A stretch of DNA of 63,837 bases, counting the filler, from Atractiella rhizophila (Eukaryota): the NCBI GenBank assembly GCA_021432655.1. It is 4 parts of 4 records of this genome, joined end to end, with 100 filler letters (N's around TTAATTAATTAA, not from the genome) between each part and the next. Parts side by side here need not be neighbours in the genome. Positions count along the whole stretch, not along the records: positions 16,191 to 32,202 come from MU271916.1; positions 32,303 to 48,267 come from MU271917.1; 2 more parts are not named here. The stretch is one strand, 5' to 3'. The stretch's first letter is position 1. Every line of letters begins with the position of its first letter. Positions 25,239 through 36,216 of the stretch are shown here, one piece after another. Made by a program: the position numbers and the translations under genes. Under the pieces are notes generated by a model. It did no database searches, was not told the origin of the DNA, and saw only the letters and a list, made by a program, of their open reading frames with translations.

Positions 25239-28168
25239 TGTTGAGACTAGGATTCTTCCTATCACACTGGGAAGCGTGAATTGCAGAAGAAACTCACCTA
25301 GGATTCTTCCTATCACACTGGGAAGCGTGAAGGGAAAAAATCCTTGTGAGGGGGGTATATGTGTATTTTACATTGCGGGGCATTGCGGGGCATTCATGTG
25401 ACCATAATTGTCACTGTTTGTCGCTTATCTCCAACAGGATGAGATTCAAGGGTGCTTGGATGCTAGATTCATTGGATCTTCTGAAGGTAAGTGTTTAGAA
25501 CTACTCTGAGATGATGTTAGGGCTTATTTGATACAATTTTACAGCCTATTACCGGATTTTCCACTTTACTTTACACCAGCATTTTCCTGTGGTTATTCAC
25601 TTAGCAGTACACCTTCCTGATCGGCATTCTGTGACCTTTAATCCTCATTACTGGAGACCATACATATCCTAAGGCTCCTCAATTCCTTACCTGGAAGTCA
25701 GGCTCAAGCTCTTAGAAAATCCTGGAGAAACAAGAAGCTGTCGGCTATATGTACTATGTTGCGCTGTCACAAGGGGAGTTATTCCATCTCCGAATGCTTC
25801 TGCATCAGGTTGCCAGTCCGAAATCTTTTGAGGATATCTGAACAGTAGAGGGAACTGTCTATGAGACGTTAAGGCTACATGCGTGGCTCTTGGGCTATTA
25901 GAAAGTGATGAAGATGGGATTATTGTCTCAATGAAGCCAGCACCGTCAAGAATGGCTTTGCAATGTGATCTCTGTTTGTCTACATCCTGCTATTCAGAGT
26001 CACCAGCGAACCCAGAAGATTATGGGACAGCCATCATGAGCAACTCAGTAACGATTGTAAACACCTTCTATGGACAAAATATGGTGTACATGATCCAATG
26101 AATGAGCAAATTATCAGCCTCTGTCTCCTCGAAATTGAAGATCTCTTCCAGGCTCATGGTAAATCCCTTAGTGACTTTGGACTCGCAGAGCGACCACAAA
26201 GATGGGAGGCAAGATAAGGATTATTGGGAAGAACTTGCATATGATCGACCACTACTTCATGCACATATTCAGACAGAGTTACCGTTATTAAATCTGGACC
26301 AACGTCATCCTTATGACACAGTTGTAGAAGCATGGCAAAGTGAAAATGGTGGATTATATTTTATTGATGGGCCAGGAGGGACTGGAAAGACTTTTGTTGA
26401 AAACCTATTACTTGCATGGTGCGTTCAGTGGGGAAAATTGCGCTGGCAGTGGCCTCTCCCGGTATTGCCGCTATTCTCTGGAAAGTGGACGAGCAGCCCA
26501 TACTCGCTTCTGGATCCCATTGGACATTGAAGCTGATTCTGTCTGCGGTGTTACGGCTCAAAGTGATCACAGCCGACTTTGTCGAGACGCAGAATTGATA
26601 ATTTGGGACGAAGTGGGAATGAGTAACAGTAAATATGCGCCTGCTCCGTCGTCGGGCCGAATTGAGTAGCTGAGACTTTGCTATTGCCTCTGGCTTTGCT
26701 GAATGGTTGTTGTCAGTTGGTATTGGCACTACAGATAACCTGGAAGACTGTAGCCGTGGTCCATTGACTATGAAGGACCAAACAATAGTCCGGCAACCCC
26801 GTGGTCTGGACGGTCTCCTGACTGACATATACCCCGGACTGAGCACCATAACGCAAGATGTCAACCCAGTCGAGTTGAGGCAATACTTTCAAGAGCGCAG
26901 GTCGTTACGGCCCGGAATGTTGATGTTGACATGATAAACGATCAGCTTATTCAACAATTTGTCTCCCGACAGGAACATATCTACCTTAGTGCTGACCGCT
27001 TAATGGATAACAGTGAGAACATTCAACAAGGCTTCACAGTTGAATACCTCAATACTCGCGATATGATGGGTCTCCTTCTTCGTCGTCTTCATCTCAAAGT
27101 TGGAGCCCCTATCATTCTAATATGAAACCTCAATCCTTCAGCTGGGCTCTGTAATGGTACACGGTTGATCATCACCCAGCTGCTCTCCAGTGTCATTGAG
27201 GCTACCATCATTACAGGCGGATTCACAGGTACCTCAGTCCTCATCCCACGCATTGCATTGGATAGCAAGGTCTCCAATTCATTCCCGTTTACCTTATGCC
27301 AGTTTCAATTCCCTGTCAAATTGGCTTTCTGTCTCACCATCAACAAGTCACAAGGCCAGTCAGTGGAGACTGTTGGATTGTATTTGGATACACCAGCTTT
27401 TGCACATGGACAACTTTATGTAGGAATTTCTAGAGTTTCGAACGCTAAGAATCTTCGAGTTTATTTACACCAAGTGCAAGGGATAGAGAATAAGACGACA
27501 GAAAATATAGTGTACAGAGAAGTTTTGAATTTTCACAATTCGATGCATGTAGACCTATAATGAAATCATATAGATTCATACCAAACCCCATGTCCATATG
27601 TGCTCACCGAAGGCGAGGCCCCATGCAGTGGCCACCTGAGGCTGGAGTCCAAGGCATGAAGCCCCTGGCAGGGGGGATGCCCGAGGGACAAGGGCACTGA
27701 CACACTTGTGTATCCTGATTCATTACACAATTCTTAACCAGACTCCTGACTCATTGTCAATATGAATTACCACGAGAATGTCAATACAATTTATCATTAC
27801 TAGTGAGACTGCATTTGGTGAATGCTGTGCATGACACGCAGGACTTTGAGGTGCATGAAAAGGGTAAAAGTCTGATAACTCTGTTTTACTCCAACATCTT
27901 GGTTCTTGGTAATATAGTGTGCATTTTACATAATGCGATACAGCTAACGAGTTAAGATGAGCACGGGAAATGAGCGTAGTTACAGTTACAAGAATGTGCA
28001 GAATACTGCAGATAGGGTATAGTAGGTTGCTGCACTGAAGCACGGCTGGATGGTTTTGACAAGGCTAGAATAAGCAAAATGTGTATCGACCATCAGGGCC
28101 ACAAAGGAACTTGAGTACACAACACGAATTTGGATCGAGAGGCGGCGGCACACCAGGAGCCCATCAGG

Positions 28169-30576
28169 TCAGATCCCTGATGGACCTGAAGGACCAAATG
28201 TATTGTGCGTGAGGCTTGTGAGGACGGATGCATCGGAAGTGAAGCTCGCCGTTTTCTTGATGCTGAAATCATGATTGAGGCGCGATCTTAAGAAAGGGTA
28301 GTTTTTGCTTACCTGGACCCTCTTCTACCCACATCCGTCTCGTGACTCGCAGCAGTAAAGAACGAAGCATCACTCGCCTTCTGCTCAATTATTTCGTCAG
28401 CGAGAGGGCGGGTGAATGGAACAACCACATACCCGACCATAGTCAGTCGGTCCAAAGCTGAAGGAAGAGTAACGCTTCTCTTCCTGTTCTTCCAGGATCG
28501 GCGACGGTACTGGACTTGGATGAGAAGCTTGCGACTTCCGCTTGAAAGATTTGAGCGACTTGAGAGATTCGACGGAAGGTCGTAAGTCGAGAAAAGATCC
28601 ACGAAAAGCTGGCGGGATGGCGGGGACACGAGGACGGGAAGAGACCTCGCTCCCACTCGCACTGTCGAAATGCAAGAAAGGGGCATCGACATTAACTGCA
28701 TGCTCCAGATCTAGTGAAGGAGGTTTGGAGTTTACTGGAGTGTCGAGGGATGGGCTCTGAGATGTTCCATTCTGAGAGCAGGTCGTTTCTGACCACTTGG
28801 ACCTGGGTACCACTTCGTGCTCATGTGTCGTGACGGACCATTTGCTGCTGAGCACAAATTCTGGAGGTGGTGCGGCGTCGTGAAGAGAAGGTGTAGATAC
28901 CGACCATTTGCTGCTGAGCACTTGCTCTGGAGGCGGACGGAATGTGGGTACACTGTCCAATCGTAGCTGATCAGCAGATAGAGAGTTTGAACGACCATCA
29001 AAGATGGGGTGGGTGATCGTGCTCGTACTCGCTCTTGCCGCTGGCTCGGGCATTAATTCCTCTCGAGTAGAAACTGCTCGTTGAGAACGCCCCTCTGTGG
29101 GCATGGATGATGGCGACTTGCTTCTACTTTCATTGATTTCCGCAATTGGCGTCAGAGGGGTTTGAGAATCTCCTGTGCCTGGTCGAGATCTGCTCTTCTG
29201 CATCGAAGGCGCTTTCGAACCCGGGGGCAGATAGCTGGTGATTCCTAATCCCATACCAAAATTTTCGCTTTGGGGGTATCCGTTGTTGGGCCAACGAGCT
29301 GATCCTGGACTGCGCTGCTTCGTCAGCGTATATCCAGTCGAATCTCTTTGTTTCGAGAGCGAGTATCCAGTTCTAGAAGCCACAAGCGTTGAAATCGAAT
29401 TCGTACCCCACGGCGAATAATCTTCGGTGCGCATCAGCTCAGCCGCAGAGCGTGGATCGGGAGACACGTGGGTGTGATGATGGTGATGGCTGGGCTCCGC
29501 ACGGGAAGTAACGAGGTAGTAGAGGAGAGTGATCGAATAACCTGTGCATTGGTCAATTGCCGTCACAGTATAACTGACGAAAGAGCCGGCTTGCATTTTG
29601 ATAAGAAGACGAGGGGGAAATATCCCCACATTGGTGACATATGCGAGGATAATTCGATAATCCAAACCGTACCAGCAAATATTTGAACCTGGAGAAAGTC
29701 AACAAAGGTAGCTGTGCCGACTGAAGACGAACACCAAGGATCAAGACCCCACTCTCCACCACCAGAAGAAGCAATCGATTGACGATTTTGGCGGTTTCGG
29801 CGTTTCTGTCTCGAATAGACTTCTTTGTCGTGTACAGCTCATAGATTAGGAGAATGCTGAGGACGACATCGATTTTGGCGGAAGATATGAGCCAAATCCT
29901 GGAAAACAGTCGAAACAGGTGTCCATGTCCCATCCTCCCTGTCCCAGGATCCGGAAGGCTCAATTCACGGATGTCCTTGACAATCTGGGTTCCACGGAGT
30001 GGTTAGCCTCATATAACTTTGCAAAAGGACTTAAGACACATACGGCGACCTGAGCGGAAGTTACACAACCTGCGGCGAGAGCTTCGACAATGAAGAATAG
30101 CTCGAGTGCAAGGACAGTCCGGAGGATCCACGTCTTCCGTAAGCGAGCAAAGAGAAAAGAACGTTGGAGGAGGAATAGTTGGCAGGCGGCTTGGATGAAG
30201 GCGATAAGGAAGGAAGATATGGCGTCCTCTGGTCGGCTTTGGAACGTTGCATCGAGATCCCCATACGCTACCGAAACCCTTGCACGTTTGACTATTTCAC
30301 ATACTGTCTGGATGATTTCGAGGGCGACGACAGAGGTAACGAAGACTCGTAACCACAAGTTGTTCTCTCGAGGATACAAGTGGTAGAATCGAGTTAAGAG
30401 AGGGAAGAGGAATCCGAGCAGAATGCAAGAGACAAAAGTTCCCAGGAGGGGAGGCAAGCAGACATTGCTACCAACCTATCAATGCGCTTGAGCAGTCAGT
30501 CAACTCGTCCTCAGCACAGACAGAAGCGAATCGAAAGGCTCACGGAGGCATCGGTCACCGTCGCGGTGGTGGCCAT
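28169..30576 (-). CDS. Multi-pass membrane protein (DUF6534-like) with a long Ser/Pro-rich cytoplasmic tail; multi-exon
   Basis: PLLGTFVSCILLG...FYHLYPRE...LRVFV, IQAACQLFLLQR, IWLISSAKIDVVLS, IVNRLLLLVVESG: the pattern of basidiomycete 7TM-like DUF6534 proteins. Confidence 0.7.
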
Positions 30577-32202
30577 AGGTTGGAGCACCAAAGTGGTGAA
30601 AGTGTAACTGGAGATGCTAGATGTTATGTCGTAACCACAGAACCAACAATGCACAGTCTTCAAAATATTGCAGGCAAGGGACCAAAACGAGAGACGCAAA
30701 GGGATGATACTTGGAGAAACTGGTCACTTTTAACACTCCAAAGCCGACGTAGCTTTGCTTTAACGCGATCGGAAATTAATCAAGTGGACATCCAATCAAC
30801 TGTGATTGTGCTCGATTTTGTTGCTTGAAACTTCTGGAAATGAGATTTTCAGGAATAGGCGCACCCGAGCTTATGGCTTCGGAACACTTTCTAGTCGATT
30901 CCATCATCCTGGTTGGAGGAACAAGTGGTGCGCCTGATTCCGTCTTTTTGTTGTGCACCACACGAACATTTGAGGACTAGGACGGATAAGCGCTTGCAGG
31001 GCTCAGAAGGAGCGCATGACGGGGCAACAAAAGAGAATGTCAAATGTTGCTCAGGTGGCTGCGTGCGGCTGGGGGAACGTTTGAACGGCCGCAAGACTCC
31101 GCTAGCATCGTGATTACACCGTGACCACGTACAATCTCCTCTCGGGTGAACTGAAAATGTAACCTCATGGCACGACATCCAAGGAGAGACTTGCAAAACC
31201 CAATTTTCTCTGAGTTTGCCTTCTCTCCTGAAAAGGGTGGGAAGTCTAAGACCGGTAAGGTCAATCTTCCCTCCCCCACACCACACTCACTTAGATTCTA
31301 GGAGTAGTAAGTTAGAGGGAACTTTGACACCTCAACGAGTATAAAGCGAGGGCATGTCGAAAGCTTGACAGGCTGAAAGGATAGACTGTTGAAATGCAGA
31401 AGGTGATAAGTTCTCACACGCCGGGTTGCCAGTCTGACGTCGCAGTATTAGCCCATGACACTCATGACACTATTGCAAGACATCGAGAACAAAAGGGAAT
31501 GCAAAGAGGGTTAGGCCGATACATCGATGTCCATGATATCAGGAAAAGAGGCTTTCATGCCCCGCAGAAGAGCTCGTTCTTGCAGTCGATGCTGCTGGAA
31601 TTGAGATTGGTTCAAATCTATCATTGAGAAATCTCGAGTCGCAAACCTTTATACCTACTAATTAGCAGTGTGCCGTTCAGGAGAAGAACTCACCTCGGTC
31701 ACAAGTCACTTGTGTCATGCACTAGGCAAACCTGATAACGAATTCAGGCTGCACACCGAGAATGGTTTCACATTATGGCATCACCCCACTCATTAGTTGA
31801 GAGACTGTTGTCTCTCGCTTTGGGATTAAAAAGTGGTTCTTCGAGAACCACGGATCGAAAGTCGAAAAAAGGTATGTAAGATTAGTGAAAAAATGATGGC
31901 AAATCGTGATGCTAAGCAGTAATACACATACAAGAGAGCGCAATATCACTGGAAATCAAGGAATGGATGACGACGGTTCGACTGCACATCTAGAAGGCAA
32001 ATCGCAAGGAAAGGGCAAAAGAAATGAGAGACTAGAAATGACGAAGGTAAGCCAAAGTTTTGCAACGGAACCAACTTCACGGAACCAAACTGACTGAAAG
32101 GGCGATGGAACAAAAGAGAAGGAAGGAATTCAAGTCATCCTGTTTCTAGCCTCTCCAGACTCGACGAATCCTTTCCACTCTGTTCTCCACTCGTCCATCT
32201 TC

Positions 32203-32302
32203 NNNNNNNNNNNNNNNNNNNNNNNNNNNNNNNNNNNNNNNNNNNNTTAATTAATTAANNNNNNNNNNNNNNNNNNNNNNNNNNNNNNNNNNNNNNNNNN
32301 NN
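32203..32302. other. Artificial contig linker
   Basis: N44-TTAATTAATTAA-N44. Confidence 0.98.
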
Positions 32303-33204
32303 TGAATGTGGAAGAAATAGATCCAAAAATATGCTGCTCCATCTCAAGCTGGTTACCCTTCATGTTCCTGTTTTAGATAAGCAGGTGGTGTTGCCAAGCT
32401 GACATGCAACAGCTGTGTCTCCAGGATATTCTACTCCAAGCGAAGGTGTTCACCAGCAAACGGGACGCAACAGCGGTACCTCAATCTGCAGTGTTTGCTC
32501 GCACCACAATGGGGACCCTAATAAACACTCTCCGCCTTGAGCTCTGCCAAGATGTAGACAGCACTTGGCACTTGCTCCCTCCTTCCTGTTTCCTACTAAC
32601 TGAAAGGAAAAGGTGAGATACGTACCACTCGCCGTACCACATCTCTGCCACCCATTCTTCGAGAATGGTCCTATGTTTCTTTTCCTCGTCAGTTGCAGTC
32701 GCAAGTTCACCCGTCCATCCTCCCTCATTTTGAGCAAGATAGCCGACTTTGTACCTGTGCCAAGCACCACCATGTCATCCTCTATCGTAAATAACCCATT
32801 CCAACAAGAAGGACGAACCATGCGGGCAAAATGCCAGCCTTCTCCGCTGGGATTCCTCCAGGAATAGCACTCTCTCCCTCGAGAGCTTTATTGAGTTTTT
32901 CGACCTCCGCGCTATCCACCGTCGTCTGGACCTTTATTCCTTTCGTTCCCAAATCCGACGCGACCGCTGTTGCCCAACAGTAGCGTCAATCCCCGCACCC
33001 GCATCCTTCACTCAGCGGCGAGAACCAGAACCCATTTTTGGACGGGCGGGAAAAGTGACGGGACGCACCAGCTCCTTCGCGTCCCCCTGGCTTGAGCTTG
33101 TCTCCTCCTTCGACGGCTCCCAGTCGCTCTTCGCGTCCTTTGGAGACGAGAGCCTTCTTCTCGCCCGGTTTGGAGTCGGGGTCGAACGTGTAGGTGGTGG
33201 ACAT
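32303..33204 (-). CDS. Probable tricalbin (extended synaptotagmin) N-terminal part, 3' truncated by contig end
   Basis: Spliced translation YTFDPDSKPGEKKALVSKGRE...LPAWYKVGY...ILEEWVAEMWYGEW resembles basidiomycete tricalbin N-termini. The SMP/C2 domains are not in the window. Confidence 0.55.
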
Positions 33205-34019
33205 GCTCGATGTCTGTCCTTGTCGAAATATATCGCACACAAAGCACTAAATGTTGGTGGGTAGATACAGGCAATAAGAGGGGAGTGAGTAGTGGAACGT
33301 AATGGGCGTCGTGGTTTTAGGGGAAGTGAAAGTGAGATGGAAATGGAACAACGTCATAGTTAGCCCTTTGCCTTTTCCGGCCGTCTCTTGGACTCTTTCC
33401 GGTCGCCGGAAGCAGCACAGGGAAGCCAGCCAAAGCCAGCCTTAGTGCTTAGCCTTGCCAGCACCAGCCATTGTTCAGTACTTCTTCCGAGGGATGGAGC
33501 AATTTGGGGACTTGAGCACTTCGCTTGGCCGCGATGCGAACTGCAGAAAACGGAATCCATGCTGCTGCGATTGGGAGGCGGAATAATTCCAGTCGGGGCC
33601 ATGAAGCTACTTCAGTCGTTCTCCGAAACTTATACTATGAAGACTTCGCTGACAACGATACACCAGCAACTTCCACGCAATATGCGAATAGGTATAGAAG
33701 AGTAACACTGGTTGTATGAAGCAAAACATTTGCTACAATCATGATATTGTATCCGGTATCTACCAGTGTGTGTACAGCAATTCTATCGCATCATGATAGC
33801 TTTCATCTCGAGAGATAGAACGTCTGGAGAGGAGACGACTGCTTGTTTCTGGCAGAACCAATTTCTTCCTTGCGAACCTAACCCTACTCAAGCCACCAGC
33901 CTGAAGATTCGAGAGCATTCGTCGTCGATATTAAAGTGCCCACGACAACTGATAACTGCAGCCCATAAAGCCAGCAAAGATACGAAGATACAGTATACAT
34001 CCCAACGAAAGAAATAGAA

Positions 34020-35984
34020 ATGTCCACGCCCCTCTCCCGCCGCTCTCTCGTCTCCTCCATCCTCTCCTTCCTTCGACAGTCGCTCACTGACGGCAGCGTC
34101 AAATCCGAAGATGTAGAGGGTTTGGAGGTCGCCATACAGTGTATAGGGGAGGCGTTCGGAGTGGATGCTGCTGGTGCTGGAGACGCGGAAGGAAAGGAGC
34201 TGGGGAAGGCGTGGGAGGCGTGGGTCAGGACGAAGGAGAGATTGGGGAAGAAAGACGTATGTTGTTCCTTTGCTTCGTTTCAGGAGGTAGATGGTTTCGA
34301 TTAAACTATGCCTTCTCATCGTAATATTTGTGATCGAAGCAATATGTCATGAAGCATTCTTCTCTGCCTCAGCCATCTAATATTACCTTGCCCGTCCATC
34401 ATTTGCCTTTTTTTCAAGTGGAGATGCCGTCATGAACACTTTCAGTCTCAGCTGAGGAACGTGTACCTGTTTAGTTGCACAATTTGACAATTGCGCACCA
34501 ATGATCATCGCACTGATGTCGCCTTCCTTCACTTCAGCTCCACTTTACTACTCAGAACAAATGCGATGAGTGATCCATCACCAAGTATTGAAGCCTCTTG
34601 CTGCTTACCGATAGGCAAGCTTGATTTCTCTAATTGTGAAAGGTCGCCGCATCATCACGGCTTTGCGAGGACTACGTTTCTAGACGAGGTGGTCTCAATG
34701 CACAATGTGACTTGCCACGATGCTCCGTTGCCGCTGTGTCCTCTGTAGTATCGAAATAGCTCAATTTGCACAAGCACCCTTGCCTTTTTCATGTCTAACG
34801 AGGAGATCGCCAACCATCACTTTATCTTCCGTGTTCTCTCTCCTTGCTCATCCGTTAAAATGAGAACACATTGCTCAGATGAGCTAGGCTTATTCCCCTA
34901 CCTTGCAACATTACGTGACTTTGAAAGTTTTTTTTCGTCGCTGACTTGTATTTAGACTCCAACCGCTTCGACATCGGCTCCATCGCCGCCGTCAGCAGAA
35001 GATAAAGCTGCCGCAGAAGCTTTCAAATCCACAGGAAACGCATTAATGGCTTCGAAAGACTACTCTGGCGCGATCACAGAATACACGAAAGCGATCGAGA
35101 AAGATCCCAACAACCCTGTCTATTACAGCAATCGGTATGTCTTGCCCAAAACGCAAGTTCGCCACCTGATGGAATTCAAAGGGCCGCCGCTTACTCCCAA
35201 ATGGGAGACCATACCTCAGCCATCGCGGATGGAACTAAGGCTGCAGAAGTCGACCCCAAGTTTTCTAAGGCGTATTCGCGCCTAGGACACGCACTATTCT
35301 CCAGTGGAAAGTATTCAGAAGCCGTCAAGGCATACGAGAAAGGCTTAGAGCTTGATCCTAATGTTAGTCACTTTCCCTAATTCATGGTCAGTGGTTGAAA
35401 CGCTAGACAGAACGCGGTGATGAAGAACTCCCTTGTGACTGCTAAATCGAAGGCGGCAGCTGAGGAGGATGCAGATGAAGATGACGCCGATGACGTTATA
35501 GACAATGCTGGAGCTCGAGGTGGAGCTGTGACTGGAGGAATGCCTGATTTGGCCAGCATGGCTAACATGTTCGGAGGAATGGGAAGGAGTGGTGGAGGAA
35601 TGCCTAATCTCATGGAGATGATGAACAACCCAGCTATCATGAACATGTGCGTGGATTGATTCCCATTAAGCCCCGCGCCAAAAGGACAAACAAGGCCAAA
35701 AAAGTCCCCAAAGCCCCCGCCGGCCCCAAACCCAAGAAAAAACCCAACCGGCAAAAAAAGGGTGGGTGCCCCTTAACGAACCCGAAAACAAGAGACGGCT
35801 GATGAAACAAAACAGGCAAACCAGATGCAATCTGGAGGTGGGATGCCAGACTTCAGTCAGCTCATGAATGACCCGGCGCTGAGGGATATGTGAGTTACCG
35901 CTTCGAACTTGCAAAGCGAGGTGGACCTGATTCCATTGGGATCGTAGGGCGGCACAATTTGGACGGGGTAGAGGAGGTCCGTGA
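34020..35984 (+). CDS. SGT2: Small glutamine-rich TPR co-chaperone Sgt2/SGTA
   Basis: Dimerisation domain EGLEVAIQCIGEAFGVD; TPR FKSTGNALMASKDY...VYYSNRAAAYSQ...FSKAYSRLGHALF; C-terminal MPDLASM...MMNNPAIMNM. Confidence 0.93.
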
Positions 35985-36216
35985 GTTTCTTGGGCAGGGG
36001 AAGGGCAGCAGATTGTACAGCCGTTTGTTGTGTTATGGAATGCATCTGAAAAATATTTAGAATACATCCTCCCTGCACCGTCGATCATGGCAGTATCTGA
36101 CTTCAGATGTCTTGAGGTTTCGGTTGCCTCAATGCCTTGTATATAATGGGTATAAGCAGCCCTGCTGGTATTATAATACGACTACTCTCCTCGCGAAAGA
36201 CGAATTAAACGGTCAA

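Larger units (their letters stand above)
20299..25436 (-). mobile_element. Full-length Ty1/Copia LTR retrotransposon
   Basis: LTRs 20299-20445 (147 bp) and 25239-25436 (198 bp), both TGTTG...CAACA. TSD GGATA/GGATG. PBS, PPT and gag-PR-IN-RT-RH domain order present. Confidence 0.97.
19231..27708 (+). mobile_element. Degenerate, internally deleted Helitron (Rep/PIF1-like helicase) interrupted by a Copia element
   Basis: AHINVELCISIKYVKYLFKCIYKGND; DEIQGCLDARFIGSSE; FIDGPGGTGKTF; IIWDE; NMRL; LHLKVGAPIILI*NLNPSAGLCNGTRL; QFPVKLAFCLTINKSQGQS; FAHGQLYVGISRV; NIVYREVL. Putative 5' A|TC at 19231 (tentative). 3' hairpin TGCCC..GGGCA followed by CTTG|T at 27708. Confidence 0.88.
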
